From Heteronotia binoei (Eukaryota): DNA of 64,000 bases. This document shows positions 39,094 to 50,743 of this stretch, one piece after another (positions within the stretch are counted from its first letter, which is position 1; every line of letters begins with the position of its first letter). The stretch lies in contig NC_083225.1 of NCBI RefSeq assembly GCF_032191835.1, positions 83,700,001 to 83,764,000 on the forward strand. Direction: 5' to 3'. The notes beneath the pieces are model-generated. The model saw only the letters and a list, made by a program, of their open reading frames with translations. It did no database searches and was not told the DNA's origin. Both the position numbers and the translations under genes were made by a program.

Positions 39094-41409
39094 GTAAGTA
39101 ATAAAATAGTGAAATTTTTTTTGAAGACAACAGATTATTTTCTCAGTGGGTGGAATGGGGTATGCTGCTTTCTATAACATGCCATATGTTCACCTTGGAC
39201 CATTATCAGTAGAAACATCAAACTCCAGAATTTGAGATTACTCATACTACTTTACATTAATAAAGCAACACAGGGCATCTTCTGGCAGGCATTTGCATAA
39301 TGCATGACATCTTTCCATATTGAAAGGCTTCTTCTAAGGAAAACAATGTCAAAACCTTAACAACTGTGGCTGTGTAATTATTTTCTGATTCGATATTTTG
39401 CTTATGAATCCAGAACATGTACTTTCCATAACAGGAGTTGAAAGCAAAAGTGGTTTTGAATATGTACATCTTTTTTTACAGTGTACTCAATTTCCTCCTT
39501 AGCAGACTATTGAGGCTGTGAAATAAACTGCATTCTGATTAGAATATCTGATCTATAAAACTGCTACTCATTTTAGCTACCAAGCTATTTTTAGAAGTGA
39601 CTGGAATTTGGATTTGGGTTGTTATTCTGCATTTTTCTCAAAAGGAAGCCTAGAATTTCACAGGCAATGAAGCTATGCAGCTTCTTGGTCAACTTGCCAT
39701 TTTAAGAAAAGAAGAAATTAAATTTGCACTTTATAATTGCAAATAAATATCAGCTCTTCCTTCTTGTTCCTTATTTTCTGTTCCACAAAGCCAGTTATCT
39801 GAAGGCATAATCCTAGCTGCCTTTATTGCATGTGTACATACATTACACAACTGTACACAGTAAAGGCACAGATTGTCAAGAATCCAAGCCTGAGTCCCCC
39901 CTGAGGATCATCTGTCCTTCTTCAAGTGTGCAGCATCCAGGCTCATGGGCCCTCAAGGTTATATGCACATAAACAAACAAACAGACCTTTGTAAAAATGT
40001 ATGAAAGTTTATTGAATAGATTTTTTAAAAACAAATATCACTATGCAATACAGTCTCTACAGTTTATTAGCAAGAAGATAGCAATAAAATAAGAAAGCTA
40101 ACCTTCTACCTAATACATTTAATATCTGGTATTAGATGGCACTCATTTTTGGAATACTATAATCTAAGATAGAAGCTTAAGTGTTCTCTACACTGTTGTC
40201 CATCATAATGTAGCACAACATAGGGCAACATCTTGGGCAAATCTTAAAGTTAGCAAGGATTCCTTTGGCTTAATTATAGTTTTTGGCCATCTGGCAGCAG
40301 GTAGTCTCCTAAACTCAATCTGGGAGCAAAATTATTGGAACCTTTCAGAAGATGATGACACTCCTGCTTCCCCCTTCCCTCAGTTTACACAATCGAACAG
40401 AGGTTCTCATGATTAGCCAGTTTCCATATTCTTGAGTCCAGACTTGAGAAAGGTAAGGATAGTATCAGCAAAAAAAGCACAATTGTAGACACCTGCAGAT
40501 CAGAACAGGCCTGCTAATATTCATGTTAACCCTTGGGTCAAATCAGGGTGCTTTGCCTCACACAGATATACAATGTTCCACCAAATAGATTGCCAGCACA
40601 GGCATTATGGTAGAAAGAAACTATAATATATACAAAGTTTATATAGTACATCTAGCAGTCGAGTCTTTCAACAAGACCTCTATGCAAGGATTTCCTTTTA
40701 ATCTTCCAATTTGTTCCTTTTCATTATCATTTTCCCCATTATCATACAAACAGTTCAGTCCAAGTATTTATAAATCATGGAGTTACACCTTTCCAGTGCA
40801 GGATAAAATGTTTAGTAATGATAGCAGTCCTTAAAATCCTGTTTAGAGTTCCCACTTTTCCTGGACTGATAACAGTTTCCACTTTTAATAATAAATACAT
40901 GATATGAAGAAGCCCCGCCCCCCCATGTCCATGTCCCCAAATCAGTGGCTTCCCTATTGCATCTCATAATGTCTTTTGTGTTTGGCTGAGAAACTGATGA
41001 CCATTTTTATTTGCAAAAAGCATTCCCCAGAGAAGGCTGACTTCACTGACCATGCTTGCACTCATAAGTCTTTTGTAAACTCTTCAATAAAGTTTTATAT
41101 GGGGGCTTTGAAGTCTCATAATTTTATCAATACATAATAGGTTTCATGAAACCCATTCAGAAGAACTCTAGATTGTTATGTTAATTTTTGACTTGGTATA
41201 AACCATAAAAAATAGAAAGAGATGAAGATACTATCTGTGTTTAGAAAGATTGCTCATTACAAACCTTTACTGTCATGGAACATTCTTAAGACTAGAATTC
41301 AACCTTTTAATGTTGAATAATTCAACTCTTCTATCCAGACTACCTTGACTTAGCTCAGCAGAACAAATATTGTTTCTAGTTATTTCTCAAAAATGTTATG
41401 ATAGATAGA

Positions 41410-41592
41410 TAGAGAGGGGGGGGAGAGAGGTAATTTTGTAGAAAAATAGGTGTTGGAGCTCATACAGGGATTGTTATGCAGCTGCACATACTATTCAATG
41501 GACAAGGAGGTGGAACTCTCAGAAGGAGGAGGTGGAACTCTCAGAAAGGTTCAGGAGCTGGGCTTCTTCGAGCTCCCACTGATGTCAGGCTC
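41410..41592. mobile_element. hAT-type MITE fragment
   Basis: Inverted relative of 17978-18150. Confidence 0.65.
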
Positions 41593-41696
41593 TGTAACTC
41601 TATCATGCTGAAATTATAAAATACTAACCAAATGGACTCTCCATACTAACCCACAGCCTTTGTAGCTAGCATGCATATCAAAGAGGGGACATTTGA

Positions 41697-42002
41697 AATG
41701 TTAACTTTGTTTAGGTTGTAAAAAGAGCAAAGGAATGCGACCGTTAGCAGATACAGCGGTCGGCCAGCATCTTCCAAGAGGCAAAGAGATAAGCGGAAGC
41801 TCTCGTGTGAAAGTTTGCACCTTCACTCCCTGTTGTTTTGAGAATAGTCGTTTTGTTTAGATATCGCTTTGATGTAGAATTCCATAAGACTAAGAGACAC
41901 CCATTCCCAGGTATTAGTCTCAACTTTTGTATCCAGCTATGAGTTTCCAATAAAGTATACATTGTTTCAATGAATACTGCCTTGAGTCTCCATCGCCTGA
42001 CA
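41697..42002 (+). mobile_element. Probable LTR next to the gap
   Basis: TG...ACA bounds, AATAAA at ~41948, CpG-richer than its flanks. Confidence 0.5.
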
Positions 42003-42020
42003 ACTGAATCTGAGGCCCGG

Positions 42021-42168
42021 NNNNNNNNNNNNNNNNNNNNNNNNNNNNNNNNNNNNNNNNNNNNNNNNNNNNNNNNNNNNNNNNNNNNNNNNNNNNNNNN
42101 NNNNNNNNNNNNNNNNNNNNNNNNNNNNNNNNNNNNNNNNNNNNNNNNNNNNNNNNNNNNNNNNNNNN
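42021..42168. other. Assembly gap (N run)
   Basis: 148 N. Confidence 1.
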
Positions 42169-42351
42169 GGAAGAAAATTTCTTACGTTCAGTTTGTATGT
42201 ATATTTGAATGAAACAAGTCCTAGTTCTATTTCAGTTATGGTTTCCCTCTTGCAATCCTACTGAAGTAGTGGATTTTCATAATCTTTCCAGATGTACTTT
42301 TTATTAGCCACTATGGTTATGGGATTGATGAATTTTTACTATACTGCACAG

Positions 42352-42424
42352 GGAAAATCCAGTGATCTTTACCACAAATTTACTGAGATTGTTTTTGGAC
42401 TTGTTATTTCCCTCAAGTACTAAG
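42352..42424 (+). CDS. Candidate exon B (ENPVIFTTNLLRLFLDLLFPSSTK in frame 1)
   Basis: TTTTTACTATACTGCACAG acceptor, AAG|GTCAGT donor, ends in phase 0. Confidence 0.55.
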
Positions 42425-43491
42425 GTCAGTATCAACCGCTGCTTCTTTGAAAAAATGAAAGAGAAAATTTGGGACAAGGACTGTCAATCAGATTCTGAGA
42501 TTACAAAATCTGTGTTTCATGAAGTATATCTTTTTATGACCTGTTTTAAATTATTACTATATTTCCTTTTATTGTATTCAATGCTTAACCATACAGTTAA
42601 ATATAAATGTGATATATTTCATTCTTTCATAGATACTGGAATTTACAAGGGCTATGAATATTTCAGTTTTGTAACCTACCCTGTTGCTCATTCTTGCATC
42701 ATATTTAGGGCTTTGAAATTAGAAAAGATTGTTCCCCTTCTCCCAGATGGTAATTAATTCTGCAGCGGGAAATATGCCAGTTCAGAGCTGCTAAACTGTC
42801 AATGTTGAGATTAGGAAAAATAGATAGCCAAGCATAGAAAACAACAAAAACGATGCTTTAATAAAACCAAATTGAATTTAAAGTATAAAATTCACAGGAA
42901 GACTGAATACTAAATGGAAAAAATGTCCTGATGTTGACTTAAATCCCTGCTTCCCCAGAAATTTACCCAGAATATGGACTAATTTCTGGGGGGGGGGGGA
43001 GACTGATCACTCAGAAGGATAACTAGAGCTGAATCCAGATACAGTTTTCTGCTAAGAGAAGCCATTTCCAAGAGCCAATGAGAACTTTACTGCCATCCCA
43101 CTGAAACCTTGAGATACTCCTCATTTGGGGACAAGATCCCCCAAAGATCTTTGTTATTGTAAAGGAATAATCAAGAAAGGGCTTCATCATCCATTTGTAA
43201 GATGCTTGTCATAGGACTTCAATCATCTATTTATAAGGTGATTGTCATAGATATGAGCTGTGGTGGCCTTTGGGATGAAGAGACAAGGTGACTGTGTACT
43301 GGAAGCATCTCCTATTTGTCCAGATACTCTGTTGGGAGGGGAATATTGATCTTTATACACATATCTGTTGCTCAAGTAGGGATTTCTAAGATTGACCACA
43401 ATGTGAACCTCAAGCCCGAAGTGATGTATTGAACTTTCTTGAACAATGATCACAGCTCAGATCCTCAGAGTATGTGAATTCTGTGCTAGAC

Positions 43492-43985
43492 TAGGGATGG
43501 GTACAAATCAAAACATGAATCGTGATTCGTGCCTAAAATAGTTGATTCATGGATTGTTCTGAATTGGTTTGAGTACTCGTGCTATGCATGACTTGCAAAA
43601 TGGCTTGGGTTTTGGGTGGTTCATCTGGTTGTTATCAGCAGGGGATCCTCCTCATGTGCCATGATGTGCCTTGTGTGATAACATCTCCCGGAAGTGACAT
43701 TATTGCACCGGGCACATTGCTGGGGGGGATGCTCTATCATATGATATAGTGTCCCCCAGCTATGTGCCCGGCACAATAACATCATTTCTGGTAGACATCA
43801 TCATGCTGGCCACATTGTGGCATGCCAGCACTTCCTAGCACTCCCGAAACAAATGAACCAACAAACTATGAATTGTTCAGGAAATTTTTAAAAACCCACA
43901 AAACAAACTGAACCACTGAATTTGGCAAACCAAAGAACCACAAAACGAAATGAACCACCATTTTTGTGTTCCATGCCCATCCCTA
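43492..43985. mobile_element. hAT-type MITE with TAGGGATGGG TIRs
   Basis: TAGGGATGGG / CCCATCCCTA. Flanks TGCTAGAC / ATCTAGAC are a decayed 8-bp TSD. Related ends at ~36626 and ~38124. Confidence 0.8.
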
Positions 43986-44754
43986 ATCTAGACTGCTCTG
44001 TGTCAAGAAAAGACAATTCTCCACCCATGTACACAGAGAGTAATTACTTATTAGCAGTACGGCCCTCAGAAAGTTACACTCTTCAAAACCCATTTACTTC
44101 AGTGGATTTAGGATCACAATAACAGTATCTGATATGCACAATTTGAAATTTGGTTATTTCTGGGTTCTCTGACCTTGGCAAACAGTTCTATGAACAAATG
44201 CTAGCAGCATGTATTCATTTGTTTGTTTTTAAAATGCATTGACCACTTTGTAAACATATGGTAGAGAAAACAAATCAGAGGGCCAAATATACAAAAAGAG
44301 AAAAAAGGTGTAGTACTTGGTATTATTGTATAATCAGCTCACTTGATCTTGTTCTTCAGTTTGTCATAAAATTTATAGATCAAAGTGGGATGAAAAATTA
44401 TGTTGTAGGGAAAGAAGAGGGAGCTCAGAATCAGAATGCTTTTTTTAAAAGGCTTATATAGACTCCTCTCATTTTCTTGCAGTGTATTTATAACTGTTTC
44501 ATGTTTTCAGTGACATTTTACATACTCTTTCTTATTGCTTGGATTTGTGCATGGTTATTCCCCTTAGTTCCTTGCAATAGGCAGCATTAGAAATGGAAAT
44601 AAATGCATATAGTAATGTCTTCATCATAAATGTTTTATGGAAAAAGAAAAGCCTTGCTAGTAAAATCACATGAATGTGTGGGTTTATACAAACCATAATC
44701 ATCAAACTGAAAAAGAATCCTGGTACAAACTCTTGCTCTCTGTGGTCTTGGCAG

Positions 44755-44807
44755 GAATCAGCTTCTGAAATGGCAAATAGTGAACAAACAATCAAATGCT
44801 GCCGGAG
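44755..44807 (+). CDS. Candidate exon C (ESASEMANSEQTIKCCR)
   Basis: TCTTGCTCTCTGTGGTCTTGGCAG acceptor, GAG|GTAACT donor. Frame-compatible with exons B and D. Confidence 0.55.
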
Positions 44808-45754
44808 GTAACTAAAGATATGCAACAAGGAAGAGAAGCACATGAGAGAACAGCTATTATTGGGGATGCTGTGCGGTTTGATTCTGAGAATTCTCACTAT
44901 ACCTGTGCCAGAAAAACTCACTTATTTTCTATTGACTCTGTCAAATCTATTTCATTTTGACATCAGCTATTTGTAATCATGGAAGGATATACCACAGTAG
45001 AATAGACTCTAACTGATACCATCCAGATTTTAATCTATTTCTTTTGTTGTTTCTGATGACAAAGCTGTATTTATGAAGATAGTATTTGATAAAATCCAGC
45101 TGATATTTGCTGTTGCAAGCTTCTTCTCTAACAAGCCACAATACTTAGTTTTTAATATTCTACATGCTCCTGCTTTCCAAGTTCTCCTTCATATGGACTC
45201 TTAATAACCCACTTTGACTTGTGACAGAAAATGGATTTTTAAAGATCACATGCCTTTAGGATAAATCACATACAAACATAGATGACAATCAAAACAGGCT
45301 TTTAAAAACCTGGGTTAAGTCTTCATTAACTTGAAAGGTCTGCATTAAAACCATTAAAAATCTGTTTGTCTTCAGAAGCTAAAGTGGGATAAAGAGCCCA
45401 TATAAAAGACGTCTATATTAGCCTAAATTTATGATACCTAAATGCAGTACATTGTATTTTATTGAATATAACATGGCTGTTTTACTAGAGATGGTTGCTA
45501 GGATCACATTTCTTCACTTGGAGGCAGAATTTCCAGTAATCCTATTCTGAGGCTTTTAAAGGAGGATTTAAAAAAAATAATTGGCCAGCTTCCACACACT
45601 CAAGAGTCTTGATCCAATACCCATTAAAGTTCCATTACATTTGAGATGTTTTGGAAAAAGGTTACATGGGTGTTGTCATCATAAAATCATTTATATGTGA
45701 TAAGATGCTGATGTGAATTCTACACGGCACTAGAGAAGGGAATTGCATTGATTT

Positions 45755-48650
45755 TAGGAGGCTAAAGTTGGTTCCTTATTCGCAGATCCTTATTCATTCC
45801 TTATTCTTGAATTCAAACAAAAACACTGAAGGAAGGAAGGGGGTACAGGAGGGGTAGGAGTTTCTTAAAAGTGAAATATTGAAAGCGCAATCACAGACGA
45901 TTCCTATGAGGAGAAAAAATGGAAAAAGCCTAAAGAAGTCTAAGTGGCTCCATAAACAGCTCTTTAAAGACTTGAGAAATAAAAAAGACTCCTTTAGGAA
46001 TTGGAAGGAGGGCCTTATAACCAAGGATGAATCTAAACAAATCACAAGTGCTTGTAGAGAAAAGTTAGGAAAGCTAAAGCTCAGTATGAGCTTAGGCTGG
46101 CCAAAGATGCTAAAAACAACAAAAAAGAGTTCTTTTTTTATGATCAGAGTAAGAAAAAGAGCAAGGACAAGGTAGGCCCATTGCAAGGGCAGGAATGTGA
46201 AATTGTAACAGGTAATGAAGAGAGGGCAGAATTACTCAATTCCTACTTTTCCTCAGTATTCTCTTCTGAGGGAAATGGTGCTCACCATGGCAAAAACAGA
46301 ACATATAAGGAGGGTATGAAGTTCCAACCTAGGATCAGCATAGGGATAGTACATAAACACCTAGTTTCTTTAAATGAATCTAAGTCCTCAGGGCCAGATG
46401 AATTGCATCCAAAGGTTCTAAAAGAGCTTGCAGATGTAATTTCTGAGCCTCTAGCTATTGTTTTTGAGAATTATTGGAGAACAGGAGAGGTGCCGGAAGA
46501 TTGGAAGTGGGCGAATGTTGTCCCCATCTTCAAGAAGGGGAAAAAAGATGATCTGGGTAACTACCGACCTGTCAGCTTGACATCTATACCTGGAAATGTT
46601 TAAGAACAAATCATCAAACAGTCGGTCCTGGAACATTTAGAAAGAATTGAGTGATTACTAAGAGCCAGCATGGTTTTCTCAAGAACAAGTCATGTCAGAC
46701 TAACCCGATCTCTTTTTTTTGAGAAAGTGACTACCTTGCTGGATCAGGGGAATGCTGTAGACGTGGTTTATCTTGATTTCAGTAAGGCTTTTGATAAGGT
46801 TCCACATACTATCCTTGTTGACAAGTTGGTAAAATGTGGTTTAGATCCTGTTACCATTAGGTGGATCTGTAACTGGTTGACAGATCACACCCGAAGACTG
46901 CTTGTGAATCCTCTTGGAGAGGAGTGACAAGTGGAGTGCCTCAAGGATCTGTTCTGGGACCTGTTTTGTTCAACATCTTTATCAATGATTTGGATGAAAA
47001 ATAGAGGGAATGCTTATTGAATTTGCCTATGATACTAAATTGGAAGGGGTTGCAAATACAGAAGAAGACAGAAACAGGATACAGGATGACCTTGACAGGC
47101 TGGAAAACTGGGCTAAAATTAATAAAATGACTTTTAACAGGGATAAATGTAAAGTTCTACATTTAGGTAGGAAAAATCCAATGCATGGTTATAGGATGGG
47201 GGAGACTTGTCTTAGCAGTAGTATGTGCGAAAAGGATCTAGGGGTCTTAGTGGATCATACGCTGAACATGAGTCAACAGTGTGATGCAGTGGCTAAAAAG
47301 GCAAATGCAGTTTTGGGCTGTATCAACAGAAGTATAGTGTCCAGATCACGTGATGTGATGGTATCGCTTTACTCTGCTCTGGTAAGACCTCACCTGGAGA
47401 ATTGTCTTCAGTTTTGGGAACCACATTTTAAGAAGGATATAGACAAGCTGGAATGGGTCCAGAAGAGGGAGATGAGGGTGGTGAGGGGTCTGGAGACCAA
47501 GTCCTATGAGGAAAGGTTGAAGGAGCTGGGGATGTTTAGCCTGGAGAGGAGGCGGCTAAGAGGTGATATGATCACCCTCTTCAAGTATTTGGAGGGCTGT
47601 CATCTAGAGGATGGTGTGGAATTGTTTTCTGTGGCCCTGGAGGGTAGGACCAGAAGCAATGGGTTGAAATTAAATCAAAAGAGTTTCCGGTTCAACGTTA
47701 GAAAGAACGTCCTGACAGTTAGAGCGATTCCTCAGTGGAACAGGCTTCCTTGGGAGGTGGTGGGCTCTCCTTCCTTGGAGGTTTTTATACAGAGGCTAGA
47801 TGGCCATATGACAGCAATGAAGATCCTGTGATTTTGGGGGGAGGTGTTTGTGAGTTTCCTGCATTGTGCAGGGGGTTGGACTAAATGACCCTAGAAGTCC
47901 CTTCCAGCTCTATGATTCTATGAAATGGGCCAGAAAGCTAGCAAGCTCTGTTAGGTGGTTTTCAAGATCTCCATATTTGCACTTGGAAAAAATTATGGAC
48001 TATACTTATACTTTTGGCACAAGCACTTTATGATACTAAAAATCTTCAAATCCATCATTGTATTGAAATTTGATAAACTTTATTGAATTTTCTATGAAGA
48101 TCTCCCAGAATTACATTTTATCTTCTGTTTCCCTAGAGACCAGTTTCCCTAGAGAAAGTGACTGCTTTGCAGGGTGAACTTCCCTTGCCCAGTTCTCTGG
48201 ATCCCATGGGAGAAATACAAAGAAAGAACCTTTAAGACCAACAAGTGTTAATGTTGTAAGGATATTTTAAGGTTTGTTTTTTAAAAAAATAATAATAATA
48301 ATTGTGTTTGTATATGTCCTTTATAAAGTTTATATCTCTGCTATGTAATCTTAAATAGGTACATACATGGCCCAGCTCGACAAGGTTTCATTTATGTCAG
48401 ATCCAGCCCTCATAAAATGTATCTGACACTCCTGCCCTAGCAGAATAATTATTCTCAGTTGAATGCTCCATGTTACAACTGGTTAATTCCTCCAGATTAT
48501 TATAAAATCAACTAATACAGATCAAGGTGTTTTCTTGTTGGTTCCTTATTCATGAATGCAAACAAAAAAACTGAAGAGAGTTTGAAAGCTCTGAACCCCA
48601 AAATAAGGTCTGGACCCCCATTCACGAATAAGGAACCAACTTCAGCCTCT
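45755..48650. mobile_element. ~150-bp MITE split by a 2.7-kb insertion
   Basis: TIRs GAGGCT(A/G)AAGTTGGTTCCTTATTCG match at 24/25. ATTGATTTT flanks both ends (8-9 bp TSD). Confidence 0.7.
45832..47922 (+). mobile_element. CR1 LINE, 5'-truncated ORF2 with (ATTCTATG)n tail
   Basis: [64 protein letters not shown] and WNRLPWEVV. Frameshifted. Confidence 0.95.
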
Positions 48651-49339
48651 ATTGATTTTGCAGAAACAAGGTTCGGCCCCTTCCCAGCCGAGCCTGCTCG
48701 CAGGCCATAGGCTGGGGGCCGTCTTTGCTCCTCCGGAAGGAAGGAGGGGCAGAAGGATCACCCGACATACGGGTGTTTTAGCTGGGCGCGGAGGCGGGGC
48801 TATTTAAGCCCCGGCTCCCGCCTCAGCACGCAGTTCGTTTTGGCTCTCTGGTTGGAGAGCCACGTGCGGCATCGTGGAGCGGAAGACGAGGCCTGAGTCG
48901 TCAGGGCCTGTACCTTGGCCAGCGAGGTCGGAGCGCGAGCGGCGGCTACAGCGCTGGCTGGGTGAAACGCGGAGCGCGAGCGGCGGCTGCAGAGCTGGCT
49001 GGATGAGACGCGTGCGGCTGCTGGGACGCTTGAGGCGGCGGTTTGCGCAAGTGGGAGTCGGGCGGCCCTTTCGTTGGGTAAAGGGGCGGCCCGGGGGGGT
49101 TGCTGGCGGCTGGTGACGGCGGCGGCATTCTATAGGTTGGGAGGCCACAGAAGGCAAGCGCTAGCGGCGGCCATTTCGTCGGCGCTGGGGCCCTTTGCTC
49201 ATTCAGGGGCTAATTTAGTGAGCATTAGCTGTGGGAGACGAGCGCTGGCCTCCTGTTTCTTCGCCCCTCGGTACCGGGCTTAGAGCGCAGCGGCCCTTCT
49301 AAGGGGCGGTGCGCACGCGGCGGCCGTTTTAGGGCATCC

Positions 49340-50157
49340 AAAAGGGTGATCAACATATGGAATTTACTGCGCAGGATGTGGTGGCGGCCGCGGGTATGGC
49401 CACTGTTCAGAGGGGTTTAGATAGAGCACAGGCCCATTGGTGGCTATTGGCCACAGTGTAGGTGTGTGTATGAAATCTTTTGCCACTGGGTGACACAGAG
49501 TGTTGGACTTGGTGGGCGGTTGGCCTGAACCAACAGGGCTTCTCTTCTGTTCTTCTGTGACACAGAGTGTTGGACTGGATGGGCCATTGGCCTGATCTAA
49601 CATGGCTTCTCTTATGTTCTTCTGTGACACAGCATGTTGGACTGGAGGGGCCATTGGCCTGATCTAACATGGATTCTCTTATGTTCTTCTGTGACACAGA
49701 GTGTTGGACTGGATGGGCCATTGGCCTGATCTAACATGGCTTCTCTTATGTTCTTATGTGATGCAGAGTGTTGGACTGGATGGGCCACTGGCCTGATCCA
49801 ACATTGCTTTTCTTATGTTCTTCTGTGACACAGGGTGCTGGACTTGATGGGCCGTTGGCCTGAACCAACAGGGTTTCTCTTATGGCCTTCTGTGACACAG
49901 AGTGTTGGACTGGATGGGCCATTGGCCTGATCTAACATGGCTTCTCTTATGTTCTTCAGTGACACAGTGTGTTGGACTTGACGGGCCGTTGGCCTGAACC
50001 AACAGGGCTTCTCTTGTGTTCTTCTGTGACACAGAGTGTTGGACTGGATGGGCCATTGGCCTGATCTAACTTGGCTTCTCTTATGTTCTTCTGTACACAG
50101 AGTGTTGGACCTGATGGGCCGTTTGCCTGATCCAACACGGCTTCCCTTATGTTCTTA
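49340..50157 (+). repeat. CR1 3' end followed by a tandem array of ten ~67-bp CR1 tail units (49490-50157)
   Basis: Unit GTGACACAGAGTGTTGGACTGGATGGGCCATTGGCCTGATCTAACATGGCTTCTCTTATGTTCTTCT matches the CR1 tail at 33030-33110 (reverse complement). No spacers. Confidence 0.92.
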
Positions 50158-50594
50158 CCCTGCCTTTGGGCGGCATTGGGAGCTCTCACCAGAATCATAC
50201 CCTGGGGCCGAGGCTTGTGCGCGTGAGCTGCTAGTCGGTGCGGCGCGGGCCTCCCTTCTCAGAGCTGCCTGGTCGGGGCTGCAAGGAGCAGTTCGGGATG
50301 GCTCTGGCAGCGCTGGACAGCTTTAAATAGCTTTTAAGTAGCACATGAATGGCAAAGCAGTTCTTTAAGGAATGAGGGAGCTTGGGCGGGGGTGCACGAG
50401 GTGAGACCGGGTGGCCCCCCCCTCCCCTCTTTTTTCCTTCCCCCTCCCGGCGGGTCCAGATGGATAGGCTTTAAACTTCAGCTTGAGTCCATGGGAGTTG
50501 TTGCAGTCAGTGCGGTCAGCGCTGACCCTGGTGTAACCGGGGGTCTGATTCAGTATAAGGTAGCTTCATATTTTGTATGTTCAAGGTCTCCTTT

Positions 50595-50743
50595 GGAGCC
50601 AGTTTGGTGTAGTGGTCAAGGCGGACTATTATCATTTCACCTGAATTGCCCAGGTTAGGTGATCTTGTTAGATCATGGAAGTTAAACAGGGTCTGCTCAG
50701 GTCAATACCCGGATGGGAGACCACCGAGGAATACCGGAGCTGT
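50595..50743 (+). pseudogene. tRNA-SINE head fused to a 5S rRNA-derived sequence
   Basis: GGAGCCAGTTTGGTGTAGTGG (A box), then GATCTTGTTAGATCATGGAAGTTAAACAGGGTC...GGATGGGAGACCACCGAGGAATACCGGAGCTGT, which aligns by eye to vertebrate 5S rRNA positions ~30-115. Confidence 0.8.

Noticed and set aside
40384-40452. Plus-strand exon with strong acceptor and GTAAGG donor
   Set aside because: Stops in all three frames, and it lies in what looks like a decayed antisense LINE fragment.
49490-50157. CRISPR-like array
   Set aside because: The units are head-to-tail with no unique spacers, match a CR1 LINE tail, and lie in vertebrate DNA with no cas genes.
50631-50743. Functional 5S rRNA gene
   Set aside because: The 5' end is missing or replaced, there is an insertion and many substitutions, and it is embedded in a retrotransposon.
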